From the NCBI GenBank assembly GCA_010909165.1, contig MU008217.1, positions 124,001 through 188,000 on the forward strand: a stretch of 64,000 nt of DNA, in the 5' to 3' direction. The notes below the pieces were generated by a model that saw nothing but the letters and a program-made list of their open reading frames with translations, ran no database searches and was not told the origin of the DNA. Position 1 is the first letter of the stretch; each line of letters starts with the position of its first letter. The translations under genes and the position numbers were made by a program. This document shows positions 47,282 through 60,600 of the stretch, piece after piece. This DNA comes from Anthoceros angustus (lineage: Eukaryota; Plantae; Anthocerotophyta).

Positions 47282-49990
47282 GCTGCCGCTGCCGCTGCCG
47301 CTGCCGCAGCCGCATTATTCCATACCCTGATGCAGCACGACACGACACGACACGACACGAGGCTTTCAAGCCCAAACACAAGATAAATAATCTTCATCAT
47401 CGTACTTTACTAGATGATAGATATAGTTTAGGGCCGCAGACTAAGTCCGATGTAATGAAGGGCGAGCCGCGAGCCGCGAGCCGCGAGGGGCGAGGGGCGA
47501 GCGGGAGATTCCTTTGCAATCCGTGGCTGTGGACGGTTTTGACAGTCTGGCAATGATATGGCTTTTGTGGGTAATGGGCATTGGTGAATGGCTGGTAATG
47601 AGAAAAGGGGCCTGGCAACGGGAGGTCCATTTTTGGGTTCCTTGGGATCGGATATGGCGCCGCCACCATGTGCGCCAGCGTGACCCAAAGCGAACCGCCT
47701 CCTGAGGCGACAAATTAGAAACAAAAGGGGCCTGCTGGGCCCTTGCCCTTGGGTACCTAAACACGCACACGTTTGTTTGTGTTAGGGCGAGGCGGCTGGC
47801 TTTGTGCACCTCACCCGGGCGCGCAGGCGTTCCCGGTCTCCAGCGGCCAGCGTCCAGCGTCCAGAGTCCAGAGTTATTAGCGGCGGGAGCCCAACCGAAT
47901 TTGCCCATATAGCGCATATAGCGCATAGCGCATACCGCATTACGCAGCGCCATAGCATAATGCGACAAGGAGGCAGCCAATGGCGACCAGATTTGCTGAC
48001 TGCTTTACCGGTCAACCACTGCTGTATTTAGATGCCAGGTGTGCTGGCGGCCCATCCATACATGACATAGTTAAGGCTGTAATGCGATTGGGCGAAATGC
48101 GCGCAAGCTGGCTCCCGCCTCTCTTCCTGAATGCCATTGGGCCCCAAGGCAAGCAACGCAAATCAGGGCAAAGCGATGCAAAAGAAAGGATTGTGTTGCC
48201 GTTTTTGTGTTTTTAAAATCGGGCCCTGGAGTGTGGAGGGTGGCAGCGCTGTGATCCTCTATTCCTTGCTTCCTTCCACGCACTATATGCGGCAGTGGCG
48301 CGCTGCAGGGACAAATATTTGGTAGGCCTGGCCCTGGCCTGGCGCTGGCCTGCACCGCTGCACTGCTGCACTGCTGCACACTCCTGCACTGCTGCACACT
48401 CCTGCACTGCTGCACTGCACGCTGCACCTAGTTCCCTGGCATTGGAAGGCCTGGACCGGGCCTGGGCCGAGCTGAGCCGCGCTTAGCCGAGCTGAGCCGA
48501 GCTGAGCCGACAAGAGGCACAAACCCAGGAAGGAATTGGGAGGGAAGCAGCGTAATCTGACACAGACATTCCTCTCGGGAGGCTGGGCTGGGTCATGGTT
48601 GATGGTTGATGTGGGCGGCCGCCGTTGCCGCTGCCGCCGCTGCCGCAGCCGCATTATTCCATACCCTGATGCAGCACGACACGACACGACACGACACGAG
48701 GCTTTCAAGCCCAAACACAAGATAAATAATCTTCATCATCGTACTTTACTAGATGATAGATATAGTTTAGGCCGCAGACTAAGTCCGATGTAATGAAGGG
48801 CGAGCCGCGAGCCGCGAGCCGCGAGGGCGAGGGCGAGCGGAGATTCCTTTGCAATCCGTGGCTGTGGACGGTTTTGACAGTCTGGCAATGATATGGCTTT
48901 GTGGGTAATGGGCATTGGTGAATGGCTGGTAATGAGAAAAGGGCCTGGCAACGGAGGTCCATTTTGGGTTCCTTGGGATCGGATATGGCGCCGCCACCAT
49001 GTGCGCCAGCGTGACCCAAAGCGAACCGCCTCCTGAGGCGACAAATTAGAAACAAAAGGGGCCTGCTGGGCCCTTGCCCTTGGGTACCTAAACACGCACA
49101 CGTTTGTTTGTGTTAGGGCGAGGCGGCTGGCTTTGTGCACCTCACCCGGGCGCGCAGGCGTTCCCGGTCTCCAGCGGCCAGCGTCCAGCGTCCAGAGTCC
49201 AGAGTTATTAGCGGCGGGAGCCCAACCGAATTTGCCCATTTGCCCATATAGCGCATATAGCGCATATAGCGCATACCGCATTACGCAGCGCCATAGCATA
49301 ATGCGACAAGGAGGCAGCCAATGGCGACCAGATTTGCTGACTGCTTTACCGGTCAACCACTGCTGTATTTAGATGCCAGGTGTGCTGGCGGCCCATCCAT
49401 ACATGACATAGTTAAGGCTGTAATGCGATTGGGCGAAATGCGCGCAAGCTGGCTCCCGCCTCTCTTCCCGAATGCCATTGGGCCCCAAGCCAAGGCAAGC
49501 AACGCAAATCAGGGCAAAGCGATGCAAAAGAAAGGATTGTGTTGCCGTTTTTGTGTTTTTAAAATCGGGCCCTGGAGTGTGGAGGGTGGCAGCGCTGTGA
49601 TCCTCTATTCCTTGCTTCCTTCCACGCACTATATGCGGCAGTGGCGCGCTGCAGGACAAATATTTGGTAGGCCTGGCCTGGCCTGGCGCTGGCCTGCACC
49701 GCTGCACTGCTGCACTGCTGCACACTCCTGCACTGCTGCACACCCTGCACTGCTGCACTGCACGCTGCACCTAGTTCCCTGGCATTGGAAGGCCTGGACC
49801 GGGCCTGGGCCGAGCCGAGCCGCGCTTAGCCGAGCCGAGCCGAGCCGAGCCGACAAGAGGCACAAACCCAGGAAGGAATTGGGAGGGAAGCAGCGTAATC
49901 TGACACAGACATTCCCTCTCTCGGGGAGGCTGGGCTGGGTCATGGTTGATGGTTGATGTGGGCGGCCGTTGCCGTTGCCGTTGCCGTTGC
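47282..49990. repeat. tandem duplication, 2 x ~1.34 kb
   Basis: CAGCCGCATTATTCCATACCCTGATGCAGCACGAC at 47307 and 48646 (offset 1339). The near-identical sequence runs through to GGTCATGGTTGATGGTTGATGTGGGCGGCC at ~48620 and ~49967. Confidence 0.95.
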
Positions 49991-51150
49991 CGTTTGCCGT
50001 CGCTTTTCATGAGGTCCCCCGGGGAACAGGAGGAGGAGGTTAGCGTTTGGAGTCACAAGGCCGAGGCTGGAGGCCCGGGCCCCGGGCCTTGGGCCTTGGG
50101 CCTTGGGCCTTCTCTGGGAGGGGCGAGCGAGGGCGCGGCTGGTGGGACTCACGTGATAATAATTTGGGGCCGGGAGTTGGCATGCTTCAAGGGAGAGAGG
50201 TGCATGTGTGGGCACATGACCACAGCGCAAAAGTAACTAGGTACTGTTTTGTTGGGACACGTCTTAGGATACCGGGAGGCGGGAGCCGGGAGGCGGGAGT
50301 CGCGACCCGTCCCGGCCTCCCGCCGGTTCACGGTTCGAACACCTTCACCGGTCCGCCTCCCGCTTCACATGAGTTGACTGCCAAAGGCCGAAGGCGGGGC
50401 CAGGTGCGGCTGCGGCTGCCAGAGGTGCCGTCGTCACCTCTGCCACCCCTTTGCGCAATGGCAATAGCAATAGCAATAGCAATAGCAATAGCGATAGCCA
50501 TAGCGATAGCGATAGCCATAGCGATAGCCTTGAGGCCAGGCAGCATCTTTCACCGCCTTCGCTATCTTGTATGTCGCCACACTCGTGTATTTTCATATTT
50601 GGAAAATGCACATGTGTAGGACCAGGCATGCTGCCTTTGCCTGTCTCGTCTTGTCTTGTCTCATGGGAGCCCAGGTGTAGAGTATGTACAAGTGAGCAAA
50701 GCCAAGGCACGCTAAAGGCCGGCATTTGAGAGTGAGTGCTGCTGCCGCTGCACCTACCGCCCTCGCGCTTCACACTCATTCCATTTCCTCATACCACAAC
50801 AAGCTTGAAGCGCATTTCTCCTTTGGCTTCGCTGCGGGCTGAGGGGAGCGGGGAGAGGGGTACATGCGCCGCTTGCAATGATGACAGGGCGTCGTACCCC
50901 TCCCTGGGCCTGGGCCCGGGCCTGGGCCCCGGCAGTGGCAGTGGCAGTGGCAGTGGCAGTGGCAGTGGCAGTGGCAGTGGCAGTGGATGTGGCTGTGGCT
51001 GTGGCTGTGGCTGCACCCAGTTGGCACTCATTCACGACCGACCGGCCGACCGACCGTCCCGACTCCCGACTCCCTCCATCCGGGACTTCCACGCCACTGC
51101 CGCTCCTTCATCTCTTTTCTAATAGTTATGTGAGCCCATGCCACAGCACA

Positions 51151-51702
<552 letters not shown>

Positions 51703-54536
51703 CAGCCCCATCCCAAGCCCCAGGCCCAGCGATTCGAACTGGCAGATGTGGCAGTGCCGACTGGCAACTGGTGCCCCTGCTTTCTCGCTTCTACCCGCGA
51801 CCCAGACGAGCCTGAAGGAGAGTGCAGCCTTGAGGCAAGTAGACAAAGCTTGCAACAAAGCAATGGCCTTGCAGAGGCTGCTACTGCCGCTGCTGTATGT
51901 AGTATGTATGTGGCTTGGTAGCAGTTCCCGTCAGGGCTGGGACTGGGACTGGGCCTGGGACTGGGACTGGGGCTGGGCACGCCAGGCCTGCAGCAGCAGT
52001 AGGCTCTACTCATGACCGGATCTAGCCCCCGACCTCGGACCCTCAATCATCATGCATACATCGCCCGTCGCCGGGCCGCGCCAGGCTCGGAGCCTGAGCT
52101 GCAGGCCCGGTGACAGTCCGTGCCCCTGCCCCTGCCCCTGCGCCTCCGCCTGCGGCCTGCGGCCTGCGGCCTGCGGCAGGAACAGCAAGAGGAAGGCGCG
52201 GCCCGATTCGGGCCGCCGCCCCACTACCGTATCAGTATGATGTAGGCAAGGCAGGATTCCGCAGTCAGACAAGAACAGGAACAGCTTCTTCCATCCTTCC
52301 TTCCTTCCTTTTTTTTTCCTTCCTTCCAAGTTCTTTCCCTCCGGCATTCCTGGGACCGGCGTCTGCCTGCCTGCCTGCCTGCCTGCTCCCGACTCCACTG
52401 CACACAGAGCGCAGTGCAGCAGTGCAGCAGGGCAGGCCAGGCCAGGCCAGGCCAGGCCGGCGTCCCGAAAAAGCAGAACAACAACAAGCCAAGTTCTCCA
52501 GAGCCTCTGGCCTGCGACTGCGACTGCGACTGGGAGTCTGATGAGGTGAGCAAACATAATGCGGACAAAGCATTAAGAGTGTGTAGTCGACTAGGTAGTC
52601 GGGAGTGCAGGATTGCAGCAGAGGCGTAGGCAAATCACATGACAGCAGAGGATCACAGAGCTGCGCAGCCGCAACAGCATAGCCATGGGCATGGAATGGA
52701 ATGGAATGGAATGGAATGGAATGGAATGAATCTTGGAACAGGAACACTGTCCAGAAATTTAACGGAAATGGAATGGGAATGGGAATGGGAATGGAAGGGC
52801 CGGGCCGGGCCGGGCCGGGCCGGGCCACTGTGCACAGCAGACTGGAGTAGAGTGTCCAGTGGGAGCCTGGGCCCGGGCCCGGGCGCGAGGAGGCAGCCGG
52901 ACGACGACAAAGAGAGAGAGTGCGTGGGGCACAGGCTGCCCTGCTGCGGCTTCGCTACTGGGCGCTCCAAAAGAGGAGGGACAGACTAGGGCCAGTGCCA
53001 GGGCCAGGGCCAGGGCCAGAGCCCCCGGGGTGGTGGGACCCGACCCGACCCGACCCAGGATTCAATGGCCGCCCCTTCTCCAACGCCAATGCCAATGCCC
53101 ATGCCCATACGCGCAGCGCCTCAATAAACTTATGCTTTTCTTTCCATGCGCTCGCTGTCTGCTCAGAGGCCTTGCACGCATTCCGACGCAATGCCTCAAG
53201 CCGGGCCGGGTCGGGCCCCCAGCCCCCATCCTCATCCGTGAAATCCATCATCCCCACCGACCGACGGTGCCCACTGCCCCCGCCCTTCAAAGCCTTTTTT
53301 TCTCATTTCTATTCCCTGCCCTTGCCCTTGCCCTTGCCCTTGCCCTTGCCCTTGCCCTTGCCCTTGCCCTTGCCCTTGCCCTTGCCCCTGCCCTTGCCCT
53401 TGCCCATTCGCCATGTGCAGGCTCCAGCTGCTGCAGCCTCTGACCATACCTATCTCCTCCGCCATTTCCACTTTTGCACTCTGCCCCACACAAGCCATTC
53501 CACCTGCCTGCAGGCTGCCACCACTGCCGCAGCCTCCAAAAGCATTCACCCCATACGCACATATTTTTCGCTTTCCCTGTCTGTCTTGGCGGAATATCAT
53601 CACCCATGCTTCCTGCCCTCCCTCCCTCCCTCCTTCGCCTTCGTCGTCCTTCGTCTCCAAACAATAACGAGTCCTGTGCTCTAGCTTCCCGGTCGCTGTG
53701 ATCATGAATTGTGGGCATTACGGAACTGGGGCTGGGGCTGGGGCTGGGGCTCGGACCTGCACGCCCTCTCACTGGCCTGCAACCTGGGACTGCAAGGACC
53801 TGACGGAATAAATGGAGGCAGCTAGCGAGCATGCAAACCGGACACGGTCAAGTCACACTCCAACACAGCCTAGCAATAGCCGCATACTTGTACTCCCCCA
53901 TCCCTAATCAACCCACCACTTATATTGTACGTGCATGCATATAAACACACGCTGCCGACTGTACCCTACCCCTAGCCAGGAGCAGCGGCAGCAGCAGATG
54001 GTGGCAGTGCAGTGCAGTGCCAGAAGAGAGGGGAGTGGTGTGGTGTGGAGTTTAGGGTTTTGCCATGGCTCGCTCATGGCATGATCCATCCCAGGCTGGC
54101 ACGCGCGCCAGCCTCCCAAGAGATACTGGCAAGATTTGGGGGCAGGCCAGGCCTGATAGGTCTGCACTGCAGCGAAGGGCAGGGCAGGACAGGGCCAGCG
54201 CCAGCGCCAGGAAGCGATGCGATGCGATGCGCTGCGCTGCGCTGCGGTCTGTGGGTTGGGCGGGGCTGGCCTGGCCTGGCCTGGCCGGCCATCTCCATCT
54301 CGTGGCCGCCCGCCCCTCCTCTTGTCTTGCACGCTACTCGTGAATCTGCCCCCTCTCCCCAAGCGTGTGAGAGTGTCAGCTCTCACATGTCACCGCCGGG
54401 CCTGGACGGGCTCCGCCCTCGCCTCGTCCCTTTCGCATTTCTGGATAAAAAACAAACGTACTGCGCTCCTCCTATCTTTTGTTATGTATGTACGTACCCG
54501 CTGTCCAGGTCCTGCATACTCACTACATACTGTATA

Positions 54537-54644
54537 TACATACATACATACATACATACATACATACATACATACATACATACATACATACATACATACA
54601 TACATACATACATACATACATACATACATACATACATACATACA
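54537..54644. repeat. perfect (TACA)27 microsatellite
   Basis: 108 bp of uninterrupted TACA. Confidence 0.95.
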
Positions 54645-57600
54645 TCAGCCCTGCCCCTGGCCTGCCCTTGCCGGCGTGACCGTTGCTTCCTGCCTGCCAC
54701 TTATCTCTTCAGATCTGTATGGCGTAGACAATGGCAGCAACAAGAGCATGCCACAGGGCGCGCGCGAGAGGGTGTCGGGAACTCGATCACCTAAAAATGG
54801 CACGCCTCTGGCCCCCGGATCAGTGCTGCAACCGGCAACGGTCTCAACCTGTATCAATGCGCAATACGCAATGCCCAGAGCCCAATGCCCAATGCCCAAT
54901 GCGCAATGCGCAATGCGCGCGCCTCCCCCCAATAGGGGCCCAGCCCCTTTTGTCATTCATTGCTCATGCTCTCGCACAAGTCCAACAACTTCACACAAAT
55001 TATTCACACTGGTGAGATTGCCCACATCTCCAGACTAGATAAGATTATTGCATCCGATTCCAAGACACTTTCGATCCGCTCACACGGCCCGATTGGGCAA
55101 CAAAACCTAAGCTATCTATCCGATTCCACACAGCTCCTCCTCGCATGTCATCACAGTCTGCGCTTTCCCCCGGTGTGGGATCGGTTGTACTGTACAAGCG
55201 ATGTACCGTGTCAGTGCGTTCCCACTGCATGGGACAAAAGCCTAGCTGCCCCAGACGCCAGAAGTGGAGAAACTGGCAGCCAGCCAACAGGCACAAGCAG
55301 GAGTCGGAGTCGGAGTCGGAGTCGGAGTCGGAGTCGGAGTCGGACCCGACTCCCAGGCCCAGCCCCGGCCCAGGGTCCCCGCCTCCAGGCCCAGACCCAG
55401 CGACCCAGCTTTTTTGGCAGCAACGCTCCACAGACCTTGTGACAAAAAGCGCTGCGCTGCAGCCAGCTTCTGGCCGCAGGCTGCTGCCCTGCCATCAATA
55501 TCTGCGCTAGCTGCCGTCTCTTTACCCCACCTCCACCCGCCAGGTTCCCACTACTACACTACATTATCTAATGCCCACGCAATTCATCATGTCACCGGTC
55601 CGGACTCCGGACTCCGGACCCCTCCGCTCCAGCCACCGCAGTGAAGCTTCTGCACACGCTGCTCTCCCTGGGCTCTGGCCACTGGCCTGCCACTGTCCAC
55701 TGTCCACTGCCCACTGCCTACTGCCCACTGCCCACTGCCCACTGCCCAGCCCTGCCATGCCCACATTCTTGCATCATGCGACCATTTCGCTCTTTAATGC
55801 TCTACCATCCTTCCTTTCTTTTACAATACCATACTATTCATTACTGCCCACTGCACCCACTGTATCCGTTTCCGCTTTTCACAGGCGCCGGAACTGCACC
55901 TGCAACGGGAACATGCAATATATATGATGAATGTGTATCTATGTTGGTAATCCTTTCCACATGTGTATGGGCCTACGCCTCCGAATTCCGAATAATCGAA
56001 ACCCCCCTGTCGTCTTCCAATGCTTTTTTTTTTCAGTTACCGCTATTCCTTGCTGCCATGGCTGCCTGCCTGCCTGCCTGCCTGCCGCGTTCCCTACTGT
56101 CTACACTCTGCACTACAATGCAATACACCACACTTGTGTACAACGTACATACATACGGTTGTGCATTCCCTTCAGCCTTCAGCCTTCAGCCTTCAGCCTT
56201 CAGCCTGCTACTGTATGCATACCCACAGGCAAACATCAACATGCATGTCCCGACAGCTCTCTCTCCACACGGATATGCATGCATACAAAGCGCACTGCCA
56301 TGGAGAAGGGACAAGTTCTGGGCGACTGTGACTGGGACTGGCACACTGGGGACTGAACTGGGCTCCCCATTATTGGATGAAAGGAAGGAAAGCTTTGGAA
56401 AGCTGGCTGCATCGCCCAGGCTCTCATGATGCGGCCGGGACCTCGGGTGCCTCTCTCCTCTGTCTCTACTCTGCACTAAGGCTGCTGTGTGTTCGTAACT
56501 TGTAGGTGCCTCCCGTAGGCCGTAGGCCCACCTGCTGCTCTTGCCCTTGTTTTACAAGAGACAGAACAAGGGCAGAGACTCAGAGAGGAGTGCAGAGCAG
56601 AGCAGAGCAGTCGGACGTTGGGCAACCGTCCGTGCGCCAACTGCGACCTGCAACTGTCCTATTAATTAGGGTCTTCACGCCAGTCCCAGACTCCAGACGC
56701 AGGCCACAGCCAGCGCCAGAACTTCAACTTGAGGAGAGGAAGAAGCAGAAGCGGAAGGAAGGAAGGAAGGAAGGCCGAACAAGAGTCCGTTTGACCTTCA
56801 CTATCACAGTCATGACTGCCAGGGCCGTATGTACAGTCTGTAGTTGGACACGCCAGGCCTTCGCTTTCTCTCTTCCCCCGGGCCCTCGGGCCTCCTCCAC
56901 ACTCACACTCCCTGCATACGTAAGGAACTACATACACTGGCATCTCCTTTCCTTTCCTTTCCTTTCCTTTCCTTTCCTGTCCTGTCCTGTCCTCTCCCCA
57001 TCATCTCCTCACTTCATCTTACCATTGCCCACTGCCCGATGCAGCGATGCCTGTTCTGCTTCTCTTGCTTTGCCCACAAAATGTTATTAGTGTGCACATG
57101 TTATCAGGTTCATCTGGCATTGCAGCTCACATCCCAGCAGCCGCACAGCCTTTTCCGGGATTCCTAGGTATCGTTCCTTGCCGATCCACGCCGGATAGCC
57201 GGCAACACAAAAAGGCGAAAGGAAAAGGCAACAAAGGGGCAAGTGTTGGGCGATGGGCCATGGGCCATGGGCGATAGAGACATACCTTCCAGCGCAAGGA
57301 ACTTGAAGGAAGGGTTGCCCCCCAACTTGCATACGGACTCAGATTTCACAGGTAAGCAAATATTGTGGAAGATCGAGACAGGGACCCACCTCACCCCACC
57401 CCACCCCACTCCACCCCACCGCATCCCGGACCAGGCGGAGGCGGAGGCGGAGGCGGAGGCGGAGGCGGAACCTCGGTCCCCACCTGTTGCCACTGTCACC
57501 TATCACTCACGAGCTCAAGGATCAAAAGCTCCCATGTCCGCGTAACCTCCATCTCTTGCCCAGCGCGAAACCCGACTTCCAGCCACCCTCTTGGAAAAGG

Positions 57601-60600
57601 CTTCCCCAAGCACACGCTCTGTTTCTGCTCTCTTTCCCTCCTGCTGCTGCTCCTGCAGGCTGCATGAGACACTGTGCGTGATTGTGTACCGGCAACAGTG
57701 GAAGCGGAATTGGAAGTGGAAGTGGAAGTGGGCACCCGGGGGAGCTGCAGCGCATGCTTTGATTATCACAAAATGCCCAAACCCGCATCATTTGCTTCCA
57801 CCGCACAGCACTACGGGAGCAGCAGGAGCAGGAGCAGCAGCAGTCCCCCTAATCAATCATTCTGCTCACGACCGCACACCGCAGCTTTTGGAAAGGGGAA
57901 ACCAGCAAACACCGCCATATTGTATGGCATCGAAACCGCATAAGGTGCGGAAAAAAAACACGAAAAGGACTCTGACCAGGCCACCCTTCAGCACCACACC
58001 AACGTGCCATGATTCCAGGGGACTCGATTCTTATCCAGTAAAGAAAGGCAGTAACGTTAACCCACCGCCCACCCCTGCATTATTTGTTTCTTACGCGCCC
58101 CCTCCTCCCCAAGTCCCCACCCCAATAATGAAAGGGAAATAAGTATTAAGCCCTGGAGGCTGGAACGATATGGCACTTTAGTTCAAACACGCATTCACTC
58201 CCCGTCGCAGTCAAACCCACCAAATCCTGAGCCCAGTCAAACGCACTTCTCTGTCCTCCGTCCTCCGTCCTCCGTCCGTATCACGGATGGCTTGGTTGGA
58301 CCACCTCCTCTTGGACCACCTCATCCTCATCATTCCCCATGTTACAACCAAGTTACATAATCCTTTTTATTACGCTTAACTTGCCATGCTCTAGAACTTT
58401 CCGCTTCCGTCGTACTCATAAAAAAATGTTATGTGGCGTGTAGGTACATGCAAGCCAGTGACGAGGCAGCGGCTCGCTCCATGATAGGAAAGCCAAAATC
58501 CACGAACACGAAGGACGAAACGCGTTTCCTTGCCGTTTGGCATCACGCTGTTGCTGTTGCTGTTGCTGTTGCTTTTGGCGGAGCCACCGGGTGGTAAAAA
58601 ACGGAATGGAATTGGATTTTATTTAAATGGTGGGTGAAGGGTGAGCGGAGAAGACGGCGTGGAGCGTGGCGCGGCTTGGTGCTCGTCCCCCGGCGTGGTG
58701 CCTGCCGACTGCGCTTGCTTGCGTATTCATACGTATTAGTAAATTGAGAGGTCCGCATTGTGGCAGGCCGACAGACAGGCCTGAATTTCGGAAAGCCTGA
58801 AAGCATGGAAGCCTGGAAGCCTGGGCCTCAGCCTGGGGCTCTGGGCGGCAATTGCATCGGGCGCCACGACCAAACAAGCCGAGCCAAGGCAAGCCCGGCG
58901 AATCTAATTCGCAATACAGAAGAGACATGTGTGCAGTGCGCTGAGCTACAGATACGATACGTGGGAATGCAATGCAGGTCCAGGTCCAGGTCCAGGTCCA
59001 GGTCCAGGTTCAGGTCCAGCTTGGTGATTGTATTTATTATTAGGGAGCCGGATCCTGGCGCTGGGATGGGATTGGGGCAGACAGGCTGTAGTATTATGCA
59101 GTATGCTGCAGTGTGCGACTATGTATGCTGCAGTAGTTGCGTGGCACGGTGCCGGTGCCGCTGCCGGTGCCTGTTTTCTCTCTTCTGCACATATCTCTAA
59201 TCGAGTGCCACTGCTGCAATACGATAGGAGGCGATGGCCGGTGTGGCAGGCTGGGGCCGCTGGGTGCCCCATTGGCCGCCTCCCAGTCCTCGCACATTTG
59301 TCTGTCAAGGCTGCACGCAGCACCCAGGCCGGAGCAAGTTATCAGACCCTAAACCAACAGCATCTGCGTACAAGTGTGGCATGTCTGTACACCAGTGCGC
59401 TGTACCCCTGGTATCGACATACATGTGGTTTGCATACTCTATAGAGATGGGAGTGGATACTTGCAGACAGACGAAGAGCATCTGGCAGCATCCATGCCAA
59501 TGGGAGGAAAGGAGAGGAACAGATAACAAGGAGGGAGACGAGATGAGGTAGAGTAGGCGTCTCGTCGCAGCAGAAGCAGCGGCTGCTCTCGAGAGCCTGC
59601 GAGCGTGCCTCGGACCTGCTGCTGCCGCTGGGTTCTGGGGCCGGGCCCGGGCGCGGGATGGCGCTAAAAGAATCGGGCGCTTTGATTGACCAAGTGGGCA
59701 GCCGCGAGAGAATCTCTGGGGGGCCATTAGGCGGGCATCATGATGAGGTTTGTCCGCGCGAGGACAGACCAAAACACGGTTTAGCATCTCGTAGTTGGTG
59801 AGGCCGCCTCTTGCCCACCCCTGGCCTCTGCAAGTCTGCAAGCCTGCACCCGGTGTCCCTTCATTCCTGCTGCCCCCTGCCATTTATCTATGTATTGAAT
59901 CGAGAATGCCACCACAGATGCTTTCAAGGCTACAACCTGCAGGATGGAATAGAAAAGGTTTGAAGAGTGGCGGATTCCATTCCGCGTAACTCAATGCTGG
60001 GCTTAACCGACTGTGTCATGAGAGTCAGTCGTGTGAGGGAGCTGCTCATCACGCTTATCATAATTGGGATTCGTAATGCCGTAAGCATAACGAGATGCAG
60101 ACTGCAGAGGCCATTTCGTCATGCCATGGCCCCCGGCTGAACAAACGCGGATGTAGGCAATGCGTGTTGTGAAAGGCACCCGCAATGCATACATAATACA
60201 TGCACATGTAGTGCAGGATTGTACATAATTGTATATAGGCCGGGTGAAATGCCAGCTCGATGTGCTTTGTCCGCTTGCAGCTGTACCTCGCCTTACCTTA
60301 TAGCACGGAACAAGACGCTGCGCTGGGCTGGCTGGGTTGGGCTGGCTGGCCTGGACTGGACTGGACTGGACTGGACTGGCGTGGTGTGGCGTGGCGTGGC
60401 GTGGCGTGGCGTGGCCTGGCCTGGCCTGGCCTGGCCTGGCCTGGCCTGGCCTGGCCTGGCCTGGCCTGCCGCTTCCCTTCCGTACTGGGTCCTGGCCTGG
60501 CCTGCGGCAGTGGCCACCCACCCACCAGCCAGTCCCGGAGCCGGAGCCGGAGCCGGAGTTGAGCAGGAGCCGGTCAGAGACCGGCTCAGGTCACGTCAGG

